A DNA stretch of 64,000 bases from Octopus vulgaris (taxonomy: Eukaryota). A model generated the notes under the pieces. The model worked only from the letters and a program-made list of their open reading frames with translations, made no database searches and was not told the DNA's origin. The stretch spans positions 68,882,001 through 68,946,000 of the forward strand of contig OX597814.1 in assembly GCA_951406725.2 (NCBI GenBank), written 5' to 3'. Of this stretch, positions 14,007-25,560 are shown one piece after another. A program made the translations under genes and the position numbers. Numbering within the stretch: the first letter of the stretch is position 1; each line of letters starts with the position of its first letter.

Positions 14007-14044
14007 ATCTACCATAGGTTACACTTCATCAGTAAAAAAAATCA

Positions 14045-14093
<49 letters not shown>

Positions 14094-14271
14094 TGTGTGT
14101 TTGGCGAATGGTGCGAGTGAGGATGTGTACGTTTCAAGCGAGGGTGGATGAGTGTATACCTTTAAGCGCATGCACGTGGGTGTGCGGGCGCGCATGTATA
14201 GGCATGAATATGCGCGCTCACGCGAATACTATGAACTTTTTACCCCCTTACTTTTACTCTCTCTCTCTTTT

Positions 14272-14358
<87 letters not shown>

Positions 14359-14466
14359 GCATGAAACTAGGTATTAGTATTTTTCGGTCAATAACTGATA
14401 AAGTATTAGGGTTCTGGTGTTTGACCAACGTGTACGTTTTGGGCATTTTTATTTTTATTATATGTG

Positions 14467-14499
<33 letters not shown>

Positions 14500-15399
14500 A
14501 TGCGTGTGCGTATGAAGCTAAGTAAAAAATTATCGCGTGAAAATTATCTGTGAAAGGTTGAGTCTGCAAAACTTTTTCGCAGGCGATTCTTGGTGTTTCG
14601 ACACTTTCCTCTGCTTTTGAAATTCTGTCTCAAATTGATGGATCTCATTTCCTGTGACTGTCTCCGAAAAAGCTTCACCTTCATTGTTGTAGCGGCCGAG
14701 CAAGAGTTAACAGATTTTCCTGTGATTGCATTTATGCGCTTTGATAATCTCTCTTGGTACCCATCACGCACAGACCATACGGAAACAAAGCTTGTCGTGG
14801 ATGATTCCATATGCAGAACCATGACTAATCTGAATAAAACACGCAAACTAAATTATGATATTTTGAAAGCATTTAATACGTACATTTCAGATCTTGCGTA
14901 ATATATAATAGGAAATACATCTCCTTACGAAAAACCTTCTTCAGTTGACTCATTTCAAAATATTGAGAAATTGATGGTAATATATAGGTGTGCTTGTGGT
15001 CAAGCTAGTAAAGTCGACTACTAACTTTGGAAGAAGAATATAAATAGAGAATATGTATAAAGAAAGGGGGATAGAGAGAGAATGAGAAAGAGAAGAGAGA
15101 GAGAGAGCAAAGGTGAGAGAAGAAAGGATATACAGAGGGGAGATCGGAGCAGTTTTAATGAGGATATTTTTCAATTCTTCGATTGTGGAAGTGACAGCTA
15201 CTATTATCTTTTACTAAGAATGTTTTTTAATTCTTCGATGACGGAACTGGTAACCTGGTAACTACTAATATTCTTCATTAAGGATATTCCTTCATTTTTC
15301 CTCGCTGGAGACGGCAGTAGTAAATCAACTCGAGTGCTTATAGTACATACTTCTTACCTTACGCCATTCGACGGGATTTTTTATATGAGGGTACACAAA

Positions 15400-15540
15400 A
15401 GACGGGTTTCTGTCAGTTTCCATCTACCAGACCCACTCAAAAGGATTTGATCAGCGCGAGGCTATAGCAGAAGACACTTGCCCAAGGTGCCACGCAGTGA
15501 AACTAAACCCAAAACCATATGATTAGGAAACAAACTTCTT
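15400..15540 (-). mobile_element. SINE fragment (same family as 9025/39050)
   Basis: GAAGACACTTGCCCAAGGTGCCACGCAGTG is shared with the 39350 region. Confidence 0.75.
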
Positions 15541-16179
15541 ATATACATGTATATATACATATGCATTTATATACATATATATGCATATATATATTCATAT
15601 ATATATCCCCCATCGTTTTCTCTAATTCCCTTATTCTCCCCTTCACTGTTTGCCATGACTCTCTCTCTCTCTCTCTTCTATCTTTTCCCTTTTGAAAGAA
15701 GATATTTCTTCAGCGTTCACTATTTTACCCTCGTTCTATCCTAACGACCCTCCATATTTGTTTTCGCTCGGTTTCCTTGCATGTCTCCACTCTCCTGTTT
15801 TGTTCCCAGCTTTGGCCCTCCATAAATCCAAAATTTTATTTTGTGATTTATGTGAGCAACTGTCTTCGAAGATTCATGTTGTCGTTCAATGCTCGAAATG
15901 AGGAGTAGATAGACAGCTGACAACTAATGAAGGGTCGTTCTTTGTGTTACTTGTCCTGTTTTTCATTTATTTCTATCGTTGTTTGCGTACTGAAGTCATT
16001 TATTTTCGTATTTCATGTTGTTTACTGCTCTCTCTGATTATTTCAGTGATCCTTTCTGTTAAAGAGCATAGGCACGAAACGTAAAATACATTCTCCACAA
16101 ACATTAAACTAATACATCTCTTTGTTGTTTACATACCCGTCTTCGTCTTTTGTTTTGTTTGTTCTTTGTAAATTCTAAC

Positions 16180-16201
16180 TATATATATATATATATATAT
16201 C

Positions 16202-16248
<47 letters not shown>

Positions 16249-16390
16249 TTATATATGCACATATATATATACACATATATGTGCATATATATATACATAT
16301 ATATATATATACACATATATATACACGTATGTGTACATATATATATGCATATATATACATATATATATATCTATATATACAGATATATAG

Positions 16391-16433
<43 letters not shown>

Positions 16434-16502
16434 TATATACATATATATATATAGATATATATACATATATATCTATATACATATATATATGAGTATATAT
16501 AT

Positions 16503-16540
<38 letters not shown>

Positions 16541-16568
16541 GTACATGTACATATACATATACATATAC

Positions 16569-16606
<38 letters not shown>
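16180..16606. repeat. Compound (TA)n/(TACATA)n microsatellite. Similar tracts at 2630-2742, 24227-24378, 31345-31690, 35350-35632, 38780-39045 and 41057-41288; (TATG)n at 943-1047 and 7493-7596
   Basis: Read directly. Confidence 0.97.
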
Positions 16607-16610
<4 letters not shown>

Positions 16611-19600
16611 CCTTAAATCCTTAAAAATGTTTCAGCCCGAAGGCTGCGGCCATGCTGGAGCACCACCGTTGAATGAGCTACACTAGTACGTGAATCCACC
16701 TCTGATACCTGGCACTTGGTCAACAAGGGAGTTCGATGCCGCTGCCCGTAACTGTGTCTCCTGCTGAGAGGTAGGTTCATCTGGGGCACCCGACAAGAAG
16801 AGATCCAGTTTAGTTTTAAAGAAACCCACATCCACACCATACAAGTCTCTCAGGCATTTAGGGAGTATGTTGAAGAGCTGCGGTCCTCTTGAACCCAAGC
16901 TGTTGCAGTATCTGGTCCTGTATTTTGATGGTGATGATGGAATCTTTGGCACCATGCAGTGGCGCCGCGTTCTGCGGTCGGGGTAACTTTGAATGCCAAA
17001 GTTTGGGACAAGACCTTCCAGGATTTTCCAGATGTATATAACTGCATATTTCTCCCGCCTTCACTCTAGGGAGAAGAGTTTTAATACTTTCAGTCTTTTC
17101 CAGTTGCTGATATGTTGCATTGAGACGATCTTCTTAGAGTAGCTTCTTTGAATTGCTTCGAGTTCTGCTGTTAGCTTTATATTGTGTGGTGACCACAGTT
17201 GGGAGCAGTAGTCCAAGCAGCTGAGGACGAAAGTTTTCCAAAGGACCATCAGTGTCTCCTTCTCTCCTGTTCTGAAAGTTCGGAGAATCCATCCAGCTAG
17301 CCGTCTGCATTTTATCACCAAATTAGTAATATGCACTTGGAAAGATGCATCATTGCTCATGTCAATGCCCAGGTCACGCACTGATTTTGACTCAGGAATT
17401 ACAATTCTTCCCGGGCCGGTGTATCCAGTCTGCATGTCGTTTACCTGTGTGTGCCGGTAGCGCAGGGCCTGGAACTTCCCTGCATTAAACTGCATGTTGT
17501 TGTCCTCAGCCCACCTGTATATTGTATCCAATTCCTGTTGCAGATATGCAATATTTCCAGGGTTTTGTATTTTGTGGGAGACTTTTGTGTCATCTGAATA
17601 GCTAGCAAGGGTGGCCATCTTAGCACCTGAGGGCATGTCTGAAAGGGCCACTATGTACAGCAGTGACCCCAAGACAGTGCCCTGTGGAACAACGCTTGAT
17701 ATTTGTGTTTCCTTGGAGGTGGCTCCATTGGAAGTTGTGCAGCCACTCTCCAAGTTTTCCGCCTATGCCGTGACCATGCAGTTTGTGACAGATCATACCA
17801 TGGTCGACTTTATCAAAGGCTTTTGCAAAGTCGAGATATATCACATCTACATTTAAGCCATTTAGTAGCTGTTTTAACACCGATTCATTGTGTTACAGGA
17901 GCTGTGTTAGACGGCTTCTACCTGGTCGAAATCTATGCTGGGTGTCATCATTTTCTTCAAGGAACACGATTAGTTTCTTGCGGATTATTCGTTCCATGAC
18001 TTTGCTGATGTGTGAGGTCAGAGAGATAGGCCTGTAATTTTTAGCATCTGCTCTGCTACCTCCCTTATGGATAGGGCATATTACCCCCTCTTTCAATTTG
18101 ACTGGGAGCTTACCACTTGCAAGAGAGCTCTGAAAAAGAAGCTGTAGCGGTTTTGCAAGGGCTCGTTTGCACGATTTGAGAAGGATCGCTGAAATCCATC
18201 ACATCCAGCAGCTGAGTTTGTGTCAATCTCATCTATGGCGAGTGTGATATCATCATCTTCAATGTTGATGTACTCAATATTTGCCTCTTTGGCCACAGGT
18301 AAAGTGGCAAAGAATTCTTCTGGGTTGTTTACTTGCCTGTGTCCTGGAGGTGTAGTGAACATACTTATCCTCGTGGGATTTCCTGTGGAGAAGCCATCTT
18401 TTTGGAAGAGAGGTCCTATTCTCTGGCGCACTGTGACTGTCTTTTTGGCAAACTTAAAGAAAGACTTAGGGTTTGACTTGATATTTTCTATTACCCAAGC
18501 TTCTTTATCTGCTCTCTCCTTTTCATGAGACTGATGCAGACTTTTCTCAATTTCCATTAGCATTCTCTCGAGCCGAGACTTTTCACCACTTTTGGTGTGC
18601 TTGCTCAGGCGGTTCGCAATCCTTGTCCGTCGTCTCATAAGAATCTTCCTTTCTCTGGGGATCCTGTTTTTGTTTTTGTGTGTGCTGGCCCTGCACACTG
18701 GGACATATTTGTCACATATAGCTTGTATTATGGACATGAAACGTTTGTGTTTCATGTCAATGTCTGGTGTGGAGATACATTTAGGCCAATCCTGTCTGAG
18801 GATCTCTTTCTCAATCAACTTCCAATTTACTTTATGAAAGTTTAATTTGGAGAGATTGTGGATGCTTCGTAGAGGCTGTGTGTCTGCGGGGGCTTTTGGT
18901 CCATACATAGACAGCTCTATTATGTTGTGATCTGAGATCATTGTCGGCATTACTTTAACATTAGGGATAATATCCATATTGTTTGTGAAGCAGAGATCCA
19001 GTATATTATTTGCCCTGGTTTGTTGCAGCACTATTTGCTCCATGAAAGAGGCATTTGTGAGATGGAGCTGCCTGTGCATGCTGATGGTGTGCCATCCCTG
19101 GGAGCATCTGCCCCCAGGCCATTCCACATTGGAGAAGTTAAAGTCACTCACGAAGTTAAAGTCACCCACTGTTGTGTTGTTCCTGGTTGGTGAGAACTTC
19201 TATTTTTGTTAGGCAGTCTTCAAACATGCCTGTGTGATTTGGGGCATCCGGTGGGCGATATGTAGTACATATTGACTATATTCAGTTGTCTTATGTGTAC
19301 AATTTGAGTGTCACACACTGAGTTTGAATATGACAACAGGACCTGGGGAGTGAGGTCATCTCGGATGTACACTGTAACTCCACCATGACTCCCCCATTTT
19401 CTATCTGAGCGTATGACAACATATTGCGGTATGCTTATTTCTGCATCCCCTATATCAGGTCCAAGGTGCGTTTCTATGAGTGACATGCATATAGTTTGAT
19501 TGCATGCCGCAAGATCTCTCAGGAATGAGATTTTCCTTTTACAGTTGCCGCGCAGCAGCCCTCCTACGTTCAGTTGAAATATTTTTGTCGGGTGTGTGTT

Positions 19601-20431
19601 GGTGTCTGTGGCCATCCTGCATCTGTTGGTGGTGGCCTTATGTGGTGGTAGTTCCAGCTTTGTGCTTGTAGCCAGGTCAGCTGCTGGACAATTTTTTGTG
19701 CCATGCACAAAAAAGATTACTGTTCAGCTGCTGCCCTTCTCACATCTGGATGAAGCTGGCCAATTGTTGGGCTATGCAGTATCATTTTTGGACCGCGCAC
19801 TACATCCGCATATCGTCTCTCAGGAGTAGTCAGTGCGTCATTTTTCCTTCTTTGATATTTTTCTTTTTCTTTTTGGTTCTCCCCGTGGGAGGGATTTTTG
19901 TCTTGTGTCCATGCGGTTTTGGCAGGGCTTCTGATGTGCAAAACGACAGTTTGCACTATCGTCGCCATGTCAGCAGTCTCCTTTCAGGTAGAATTTGCAG
20001 ATGCTCCTGCTTTTGCCCTTGTAGATCTTGCTGGGGTTCTTCTGTTTATTTTGAACAGTGTTTGTTTTAGTTTTCTTTTTCTTTTACCTCTTGTTTTCCG
20101 TCGATTTTAGGGTGCTTTCCTTTTTTTGCGGCCATCACACCTCTTTGGTCTTCAGTTGTGTTGGAAGCTGGACATATGCCATTGCTTCCCTTGGTTGCAG
20201 GTCTCTCAGTTGTGTCTTTTGTTGGGTCCTGGATGCCTCCTCCATCCTTTTGGTCATCCCTGGTGCAGTCACCTCCCAATATGATGTCCAGTGTGTCCAT
20301 GTGTTGCCTGATTAGAGCATATGAACGGAGGAATTCACGTTTCTTTCGCTCTATCTGGGCGGTGGTCCTGGAGAAATCATTGCTCTTAAGCGCCGCTGCA
20401 ATGATATTGTTTGTGGTGTCACCTTCGGCAA
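16607..20431 (-). mobile_element. CR1-group LINE, near full length but frameshifted (ORF1 remnant, APE endonuclease, RT)
   Basis: APE motifs LNVGGL...LIETHL...GGVTVYIR, GDFN, LDLCF, SDH. RT motifs NYRPISLTS, YLDFAKAFDKV, VPQGTVLG, YSDDTK. 3' tail with TTTAAGGA repeats. Confidence 0.93.
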
Positions 20432-21035
20432 TCACTATGATCCAGAGACCAAATCCCAGTCAATGTAGTGGAAGCACCGTGACTCACCTCCTTCAAAGAA
20501 GGCAAGGGTGCAGCCATCCGCTGGCAAGGTCATGCTCACAGTCTTCTGGGACCAGGACTGAGTAGTGATGACAGATTTCCTGGCAAAGGGTACCACAATT
20601 ACAGGAGCATATCATGCTTCACTTTTGAAGAAATTAAGAGGAGCAATCAAAATCAAGAGGCGGGGCAAGATCAGCAAAGGCATCTTCCTCCTGCAGGACA
20701 ACGCTCCGGTCCACAACTCGCGTGTCACCACCCCACCCCCCTACTCTCCTGACCTTGCACCCTCTGATTTTCACCTCTTCCCAACCATGAAGTTGTTTTT
20801 GAAAGGAAAGCGTTTCCCAGATGATGCAGCCTTGATTTCTGAAGTCACGTCGTGGTTGGAGGACCAAGCTGGGGTCTTCTACAAAAACGGTCTCCAGAGC
20901 TGCATCAAACGATGGGAGAAACGCGTAGCTCTGGGTGGTTCCTATGTAGAAAAAGACTAATAACTGTGCCAAGTTTCGCTGCTCTACTGCTATGGGAAGT
21001 GGGTCAGGGGCATTACTTATTGAACGCTCCTCGTA
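20432..21035 (+). mobile_element. Mariner transposon 3' half (transposase pseudogene plus right TIR)
   Basis: HYDPETK..., KVMLTVFWD, LLQDNAPVH, PPYSPDLAPSDFHLF. TIR-like end TTATTGAACGCTCCTCGTA finishing in TA. A deletion separates the DNA and YSPD motifs. Confidence 0.9.
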
Positions 21036-21355
21036 TATATATCACCGTGGTCGACCAGGCTATCAGATGTTGCTACACATCGCTGGTCACAATACACTTC
21101 GCATTGTTTTAGCCTTCAAACGACGCCACCCCGCTAGCTAAGCGAGCAGGCCAATATATATATATATATATATGCGAGTGAATGAATAATGTGCTATATA
21201 TGGGGATATAGCGTATTTATCTCATTTAAAATGTATAAAAGTGTGCATAAGTATATATGTATGTATATGTGTGTGTCTGTGCATGTGCATGTGTATGTAT
21301 ATATGCATATTGTTTGATATATATATATATATATATATATTTATGCATTGGTGTA

Positions 21356-21405
<50 letters not shown>

Positions 21406-21483
21406 TTGATGTATTTAAGTATAAGTGTGTATATGTGTGCATTAAAGGATATATATATACATACATATATTTTTTTATTTTAT

Positions 21484-21682
21484 CTAGTTTCAGCTCACGA
21501 GCTGTGGCCATGCCGGGGCACTGCCATTTGGTGTTGCTACATGATTTTACTTCACGAATGCTTTTTAGCAATTGCCATTTGGTGCATGAGAGAGTTCGAT
21601 GCAGCTGCCCTCATCTGCACCTCTTGTCGTGAAGTTGGTTCATCTGGGACACCTGTCAGGAAGAGATCTAGTTTTATTTTAA
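21484..21682 (-). mobile_element. 3' fragment of a related CR1-group LINE subfamily
   Basis: Reverse strand encodes [30 protein letters not shown] (compare KTKLDLFLSGAPDEPTSQQETQLRAAASNS) and carries the same tail hairpin. Confidence 0.82.
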
Positions 21683-21705
21683 AATATATATATATTAATT
21701 TTATT

Positions 21706-21759
<54 letters not shown>

Positions 21760-21791
21760 GAATGTAGTTGAACGAAGATGTTAACAAAATT

Positions 21792-21884
21792 CCTTTACTC
21801 TCGACATATGTTTCGAAGACAACATGGTTTCATTCCAAAGGAATAAACTGTGCAAGATGCAATCTTCTCATCAGGAAAGAAAGG
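21792..21884 (-). ncRNA. Type I hammerhead ribozyme in Penelope pseudo-LTR (best-formed copy)
   Basis: CCUUUCUUUC-CUGAUGA-GAAGA...UCUUC-GAAA-CAUAUG-UC/GAGAGUAAAGG. Canonical core, 10-bp stem I with one bulge, palindromic stem III. Confidence 0.85.
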
Positions 21885-23930
21885 TATGCTCTCAGCAACA
21901 AGACAAACAAAAATTGCGATGACTGCCTACATGGTAAACAAAACGATAATAAGTGTTTTAAAAAAACCGTTAGTAGAATTGACGTCAAAGTTAGATAGTA
22001 GGAAGAGAAGGGTTAAAGGAATAATAGGTAGGGAACAAGTGGAGAGGGAAGGGTACGTTGATTAAAAGAATGTTCAAAGGCTGAGGAAAGAATTTCGCTA
22101 TTGAAGTGGAGTGCACGTTAAGCTAATTGTTCAAACCACAATGACTATCGTAATCATTTGTATGAGTAAAAAGTATGTTTCTGCCAGTGTTTACATTTGT
22201 ACGATTTCTCTATGAGTGTGTTTTCAAGGGGAACCTTAGAGAAGAGAAGGGTTGCAAATGTTACAAAATCTTCTACCCTTATCAAAGGGAAAGGATACAG
22301 ACAGTATGAACCAATCTAACTTAAAATCTATATTATTGTCTTTAAGACGCCAAACTAATTAGCCCTGTACTATGTCGTTTTTTTACTATTTCTGAATGTT
22401 GAATAATGATTTGACATTCTCTTGGATAACTGGGAAGTGGACGCTCCTATATAGAAGAAGACATCGGTACCGGAAGAAATTCTACACTGGTAAATAGAAT
22501 TCTTAATCTTAGCATTACTAGACAAAAATTTAATTCTGTTGGGGTTGCCCTCCGAGATCGAAACGAAACTTTTATTGCTATGATTGTTGTTACTATTATT
22601 ATTAGCACCAACAACAACGCTATTCCTATTATTGTTAGTATTATTAATGGTAATACAACCAATAATACCATCAACAATAATACCGTTATTGTTATTACCA
22701 TTAACATTACCATTGTTATTAACACGACTATTATTATTATTATTATTATTATTATCATTGTTAACACTATCACTACTACCATTGCTATTACTATTAATAC
22801 TATTCCAATTATTATGATTGTATGATGGGTTGGAATTAGCCAGATTAATGCTGGAACTCCCGGGTGATATTTAGCAGCTTGGTATTGTGAGAAGATATAA
22901 TTTGTGAAAGATTTCTAGTGTTAGAGAAAGCGATTCTAACTATGTGGGAATTGATAATAGAATAATACCTAGAATTTTGGGGAAAGTTCCTAGCAACGGC
23001 TTCACGGAACTGAAAGGGAAGGTTCGATTTAATTTGTTTTCCGAAAGGTATTACGAACCAGATACAGTTTCTAGTGGCCTTTGAATTGTACGTAGTGTTA
23101 TTTGTAAAAGTAAGGGGAAAATTTCTGGGTTGGAAATTTGGGGTTGAATGGCGCTTACCTCCCCTGGTCCATAAAGAATTTATATTATGTATAGGGCTGC
23201 TTGCACTATTAGAATTAAAATTACTATTCCTATTACAAGTAACTATTTTATCTGGAGAAGCAGATGCTGGTTTAGAATGAGCTGAATTGATGTATGACAC
23301 TTTCTCTTTATAGCCGGTTTTTAACAAGGCGGCGTTATAGAAGTCTGCCTTTTGGTTAAAAATGTCAACATTGGCAGATAATTTAGACAGTCTCAGAGAT
23401 ATGTTTTTTACTAAGTTATCGGTAACTGGCCTGGCATGATTACTGTAAAGGCTAATATACTTAAGATTTGTGGAAGGTTTATGATAAGGGAAGTATGAGT
23501 TATTCTGTAAATTGAGGGTAATGTCTAAGAAGTTGGCTTTAGTTAACGCATCGTTTTTAAGCCCATTCTACTAAAAAACCTAACTAATCTGTTCTTAACC
23601 TTCTGTAGTTTTTGATTTGAAATGTTTTGGAGGTAAAGCAGACAATCGTCGCGATAAAGACCTCCACAGATGTCCGGGAATTGGTCGGCCATTTCATAAA
23701 GAATATATATTCCGACCAAGTCAGCTATCTGGGCGCTGTCTGTACTTCCCATTAGTACATCAAACGCATTAGGGGTATCTCTGCGGACCCATAACTTGCT
23801 ATCGAACTGGATGAATGATTTCCTAGCAGTCAGTATCTACTAACGGTCTTTTTAAAACACTTATTATCGTTTTGTTTACCATGTAGGCAGTCATCGTAAT
23901 TTTTGTTTGTCTTGTTGTTGAGAGAGGCCC

Positions 23931-24023
23931 CCTTTCGTTCCTGATGAGAAGATTGCATCTTGCACCGTTTATTCCTTTGGAATGAAACCATGTTGTCTTC
24001 GAAACATATGTCGAGAGTAAAGG
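23931..24023 (+). ncRNA. Type I hammerhead ribozyme, inverted copy
   Basis: CCUUUCGUUC-CUGAUGA-GAAGA...UCUUC-GAAA-CAUAUG-UC/GAGAGUAAAGG. One stem I mismatch; predicted cleavage after 24012. Confidence 0.8.
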
Positions 24024-24238
24024 AATTTTGTTAACATCTTCGTTCAACTCTATTCATTTATTTATTCATATATAACACACAAATTTCTGCACATGAACCC
24101 GGCGTTTCTACCCTTGGACAGGTCGCTTCAACCGTGTTTCTGACGTGAATTTGCTACCCTGGTATCGGTTCATCGAATTTTCCATGTTGACGATAAACAT
24201 AGGATAATTCTTTCTCTCCTATCGAAATATATATATAT

Positions 24239-24347
<109 letters not shown>

Positions 24348-24780
24348 TATTTATTTTAATATATATATATTATATATATGTATGTGTGTGTGTGTGTGTG
24401 TCTGTGTGTGTCTGTGTGTCTGTGTGTGTGTATGTGTGTAAGCGTGAGGGCAGGACAGAAACTAAAACAATATACTGTATTTTGGTTTTGATGTATATGT
24501 ATAATTTATTTTTCTATGTTCGTATAGAGATGGTTTCGTTTTGTTTATACTAGTCAAATTTAAAATATTTAGTTTTGAATTAATATATATAATGTTCTAA
24601 CATAAACGGATACGTATGTGTGTATGATTTGTATATTTATGTAAAGTGTACTATATATTTATTGTTGTATTTAGGAATGGTCATTTTGCCAGTTTAGCCA
24701 ATAAAAACACACGCACTATATATTTGGTGTTACTTTGCTTCAGCGTTATTTATTTTTTACATTAATCTTAATCTTATTTT

Positions 24781-24825
24781 GGCCAGAGTTCTTTCGTCAT
24801 ACTTCTGTGACATCATCAGTGGTCC
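24781..24825 (-). ncRNA. Minimal hammerhead-like motif in a separate Penelope-type relic (about 24430-25055)
   Basis: GGACCA-CUGAUGA-U-GUCA...UGAC-GAAA-GAAC-UC/UGGCC. Very short stem III. Confidence 0.6.
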
Positions 24826-25080
24826 TTTGATTTCTTCTTTCTTATTTGTGTGTCTCTCCTTACTAACGGTCAGCTATTTTGTATTTTGTATTCCTATTGT
24901 ATGTGTCTTCATTTGCGCATGCATATACCTCTATGTGTGTCTATGTTAAGTTAGTGTGTGTGGGGGGAAGTGCCTGTACTATTTGTATCTCTTGTTTATA
25001 TATGTTCGTATAATTTGTTTTTGTTTATTTTTATTTTGTTCATGTGTTTAAACCTACTTATTATTATTATTATTATTATT

Positions 25081-25538
25081 GAGTGAGAGAGCAGTGCATG
25101 CCATCAAAGTGGCACTGGGGTAAAATATACGAAGCCCAATATACCCATCATGACTACCCGTCTGATAAGGGTACACTAGGCACATGCATCACAACCACAT
25201 GTGCGCGACATGGTGATCTCATATCAAGATAAACAGCGCATGACCTTGCAGGTGGGGCCCAGTTAGAATTTTCTTCAGGTCGAGTAGCCCATCCTGCTCA
25301 AACGGTCCCTGAATAAGGGTTGTTTAAGGATGTTGAAAGAACCACCCATGTTTCCAGATGTGAAATATCCAAACCTAAAGAATTCCTCTCAACACATGGC
25401 TATGATGCTCCCCCACTACTTCTGCTCGTGATCAGAGATGCACATATCGTCAGCCACTAAGGGACATGCTCAACTGGTTAAGCTCAAACAATTGACAAGC
25501 AAATCTGTGGTATTAAGCAGAATATTTGCTGTAGCCCA
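25081..25538. mobile_element. Non-coding interspersed repeat bounded by (TTA)n; partial second copy at 30530-30697
   Basis: Both copies begin GAGTGAGAGAGCAGTGCATGCCATCAAAGTG immediately after a (TTA)n run. Confidence 0.8.
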
Positions 25539-25560
25539 TATTATTATTATTATTATTATT

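Larger units (their letters stand above)
13311..14040 (-). mobile_element. 474-nt-period direct repeat carrying two hammerheads (retrozyme-like or Penelope pseudo-LTR tandem)
   Basis: 13311-13533 is repeated identically at 13785-14007, followed by a further partial copy of about 33 nt. Flanked by (TA)n on both sides; non-coding. Confidence 0.8.
12592..14260. repeat. Inverted repeat pair, about 165-bp arms (12592-12760 and 14093-14260), moderately diverged
   Basis: The arms are reverse complements. The ORF track shows near-identical pseudo-peptides on opposite strands (CVWRIVRVRMCTFQ and CVWRMVRVRMCTFQ). Confidence 0.9.
21755..24060 (-). mobile_element. Penelope-like element, 5'-truncated (RT C-half plus GIY-YIG) with inverted pseudo-LTR copy
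   Basis: MGSTDSAQIADLVG, GLYRDD, FLDITLNL...YHKP...SNH, SIY...FYIG...R..NH...CNICN. Terminal segments 21755-21977 and 23836-24060 are inverted copies. Confidence 0.9.

Noticed and set aside
14544-14901. Overlapping ORFs of about 100 aa on both strands
   Set aside because: No recognisable motif or splice support; probably part of an unclassified repeat.
16050-16090. Hammerhead-like remnants (TTAAAGAGCATAGGCACGAAACGTA; similar traces at about 175-230 and 24097-24145)
   Set aside because: The core nucleotides are too mutated to call. They are probably decayed Penelope pseudo-LTRs.
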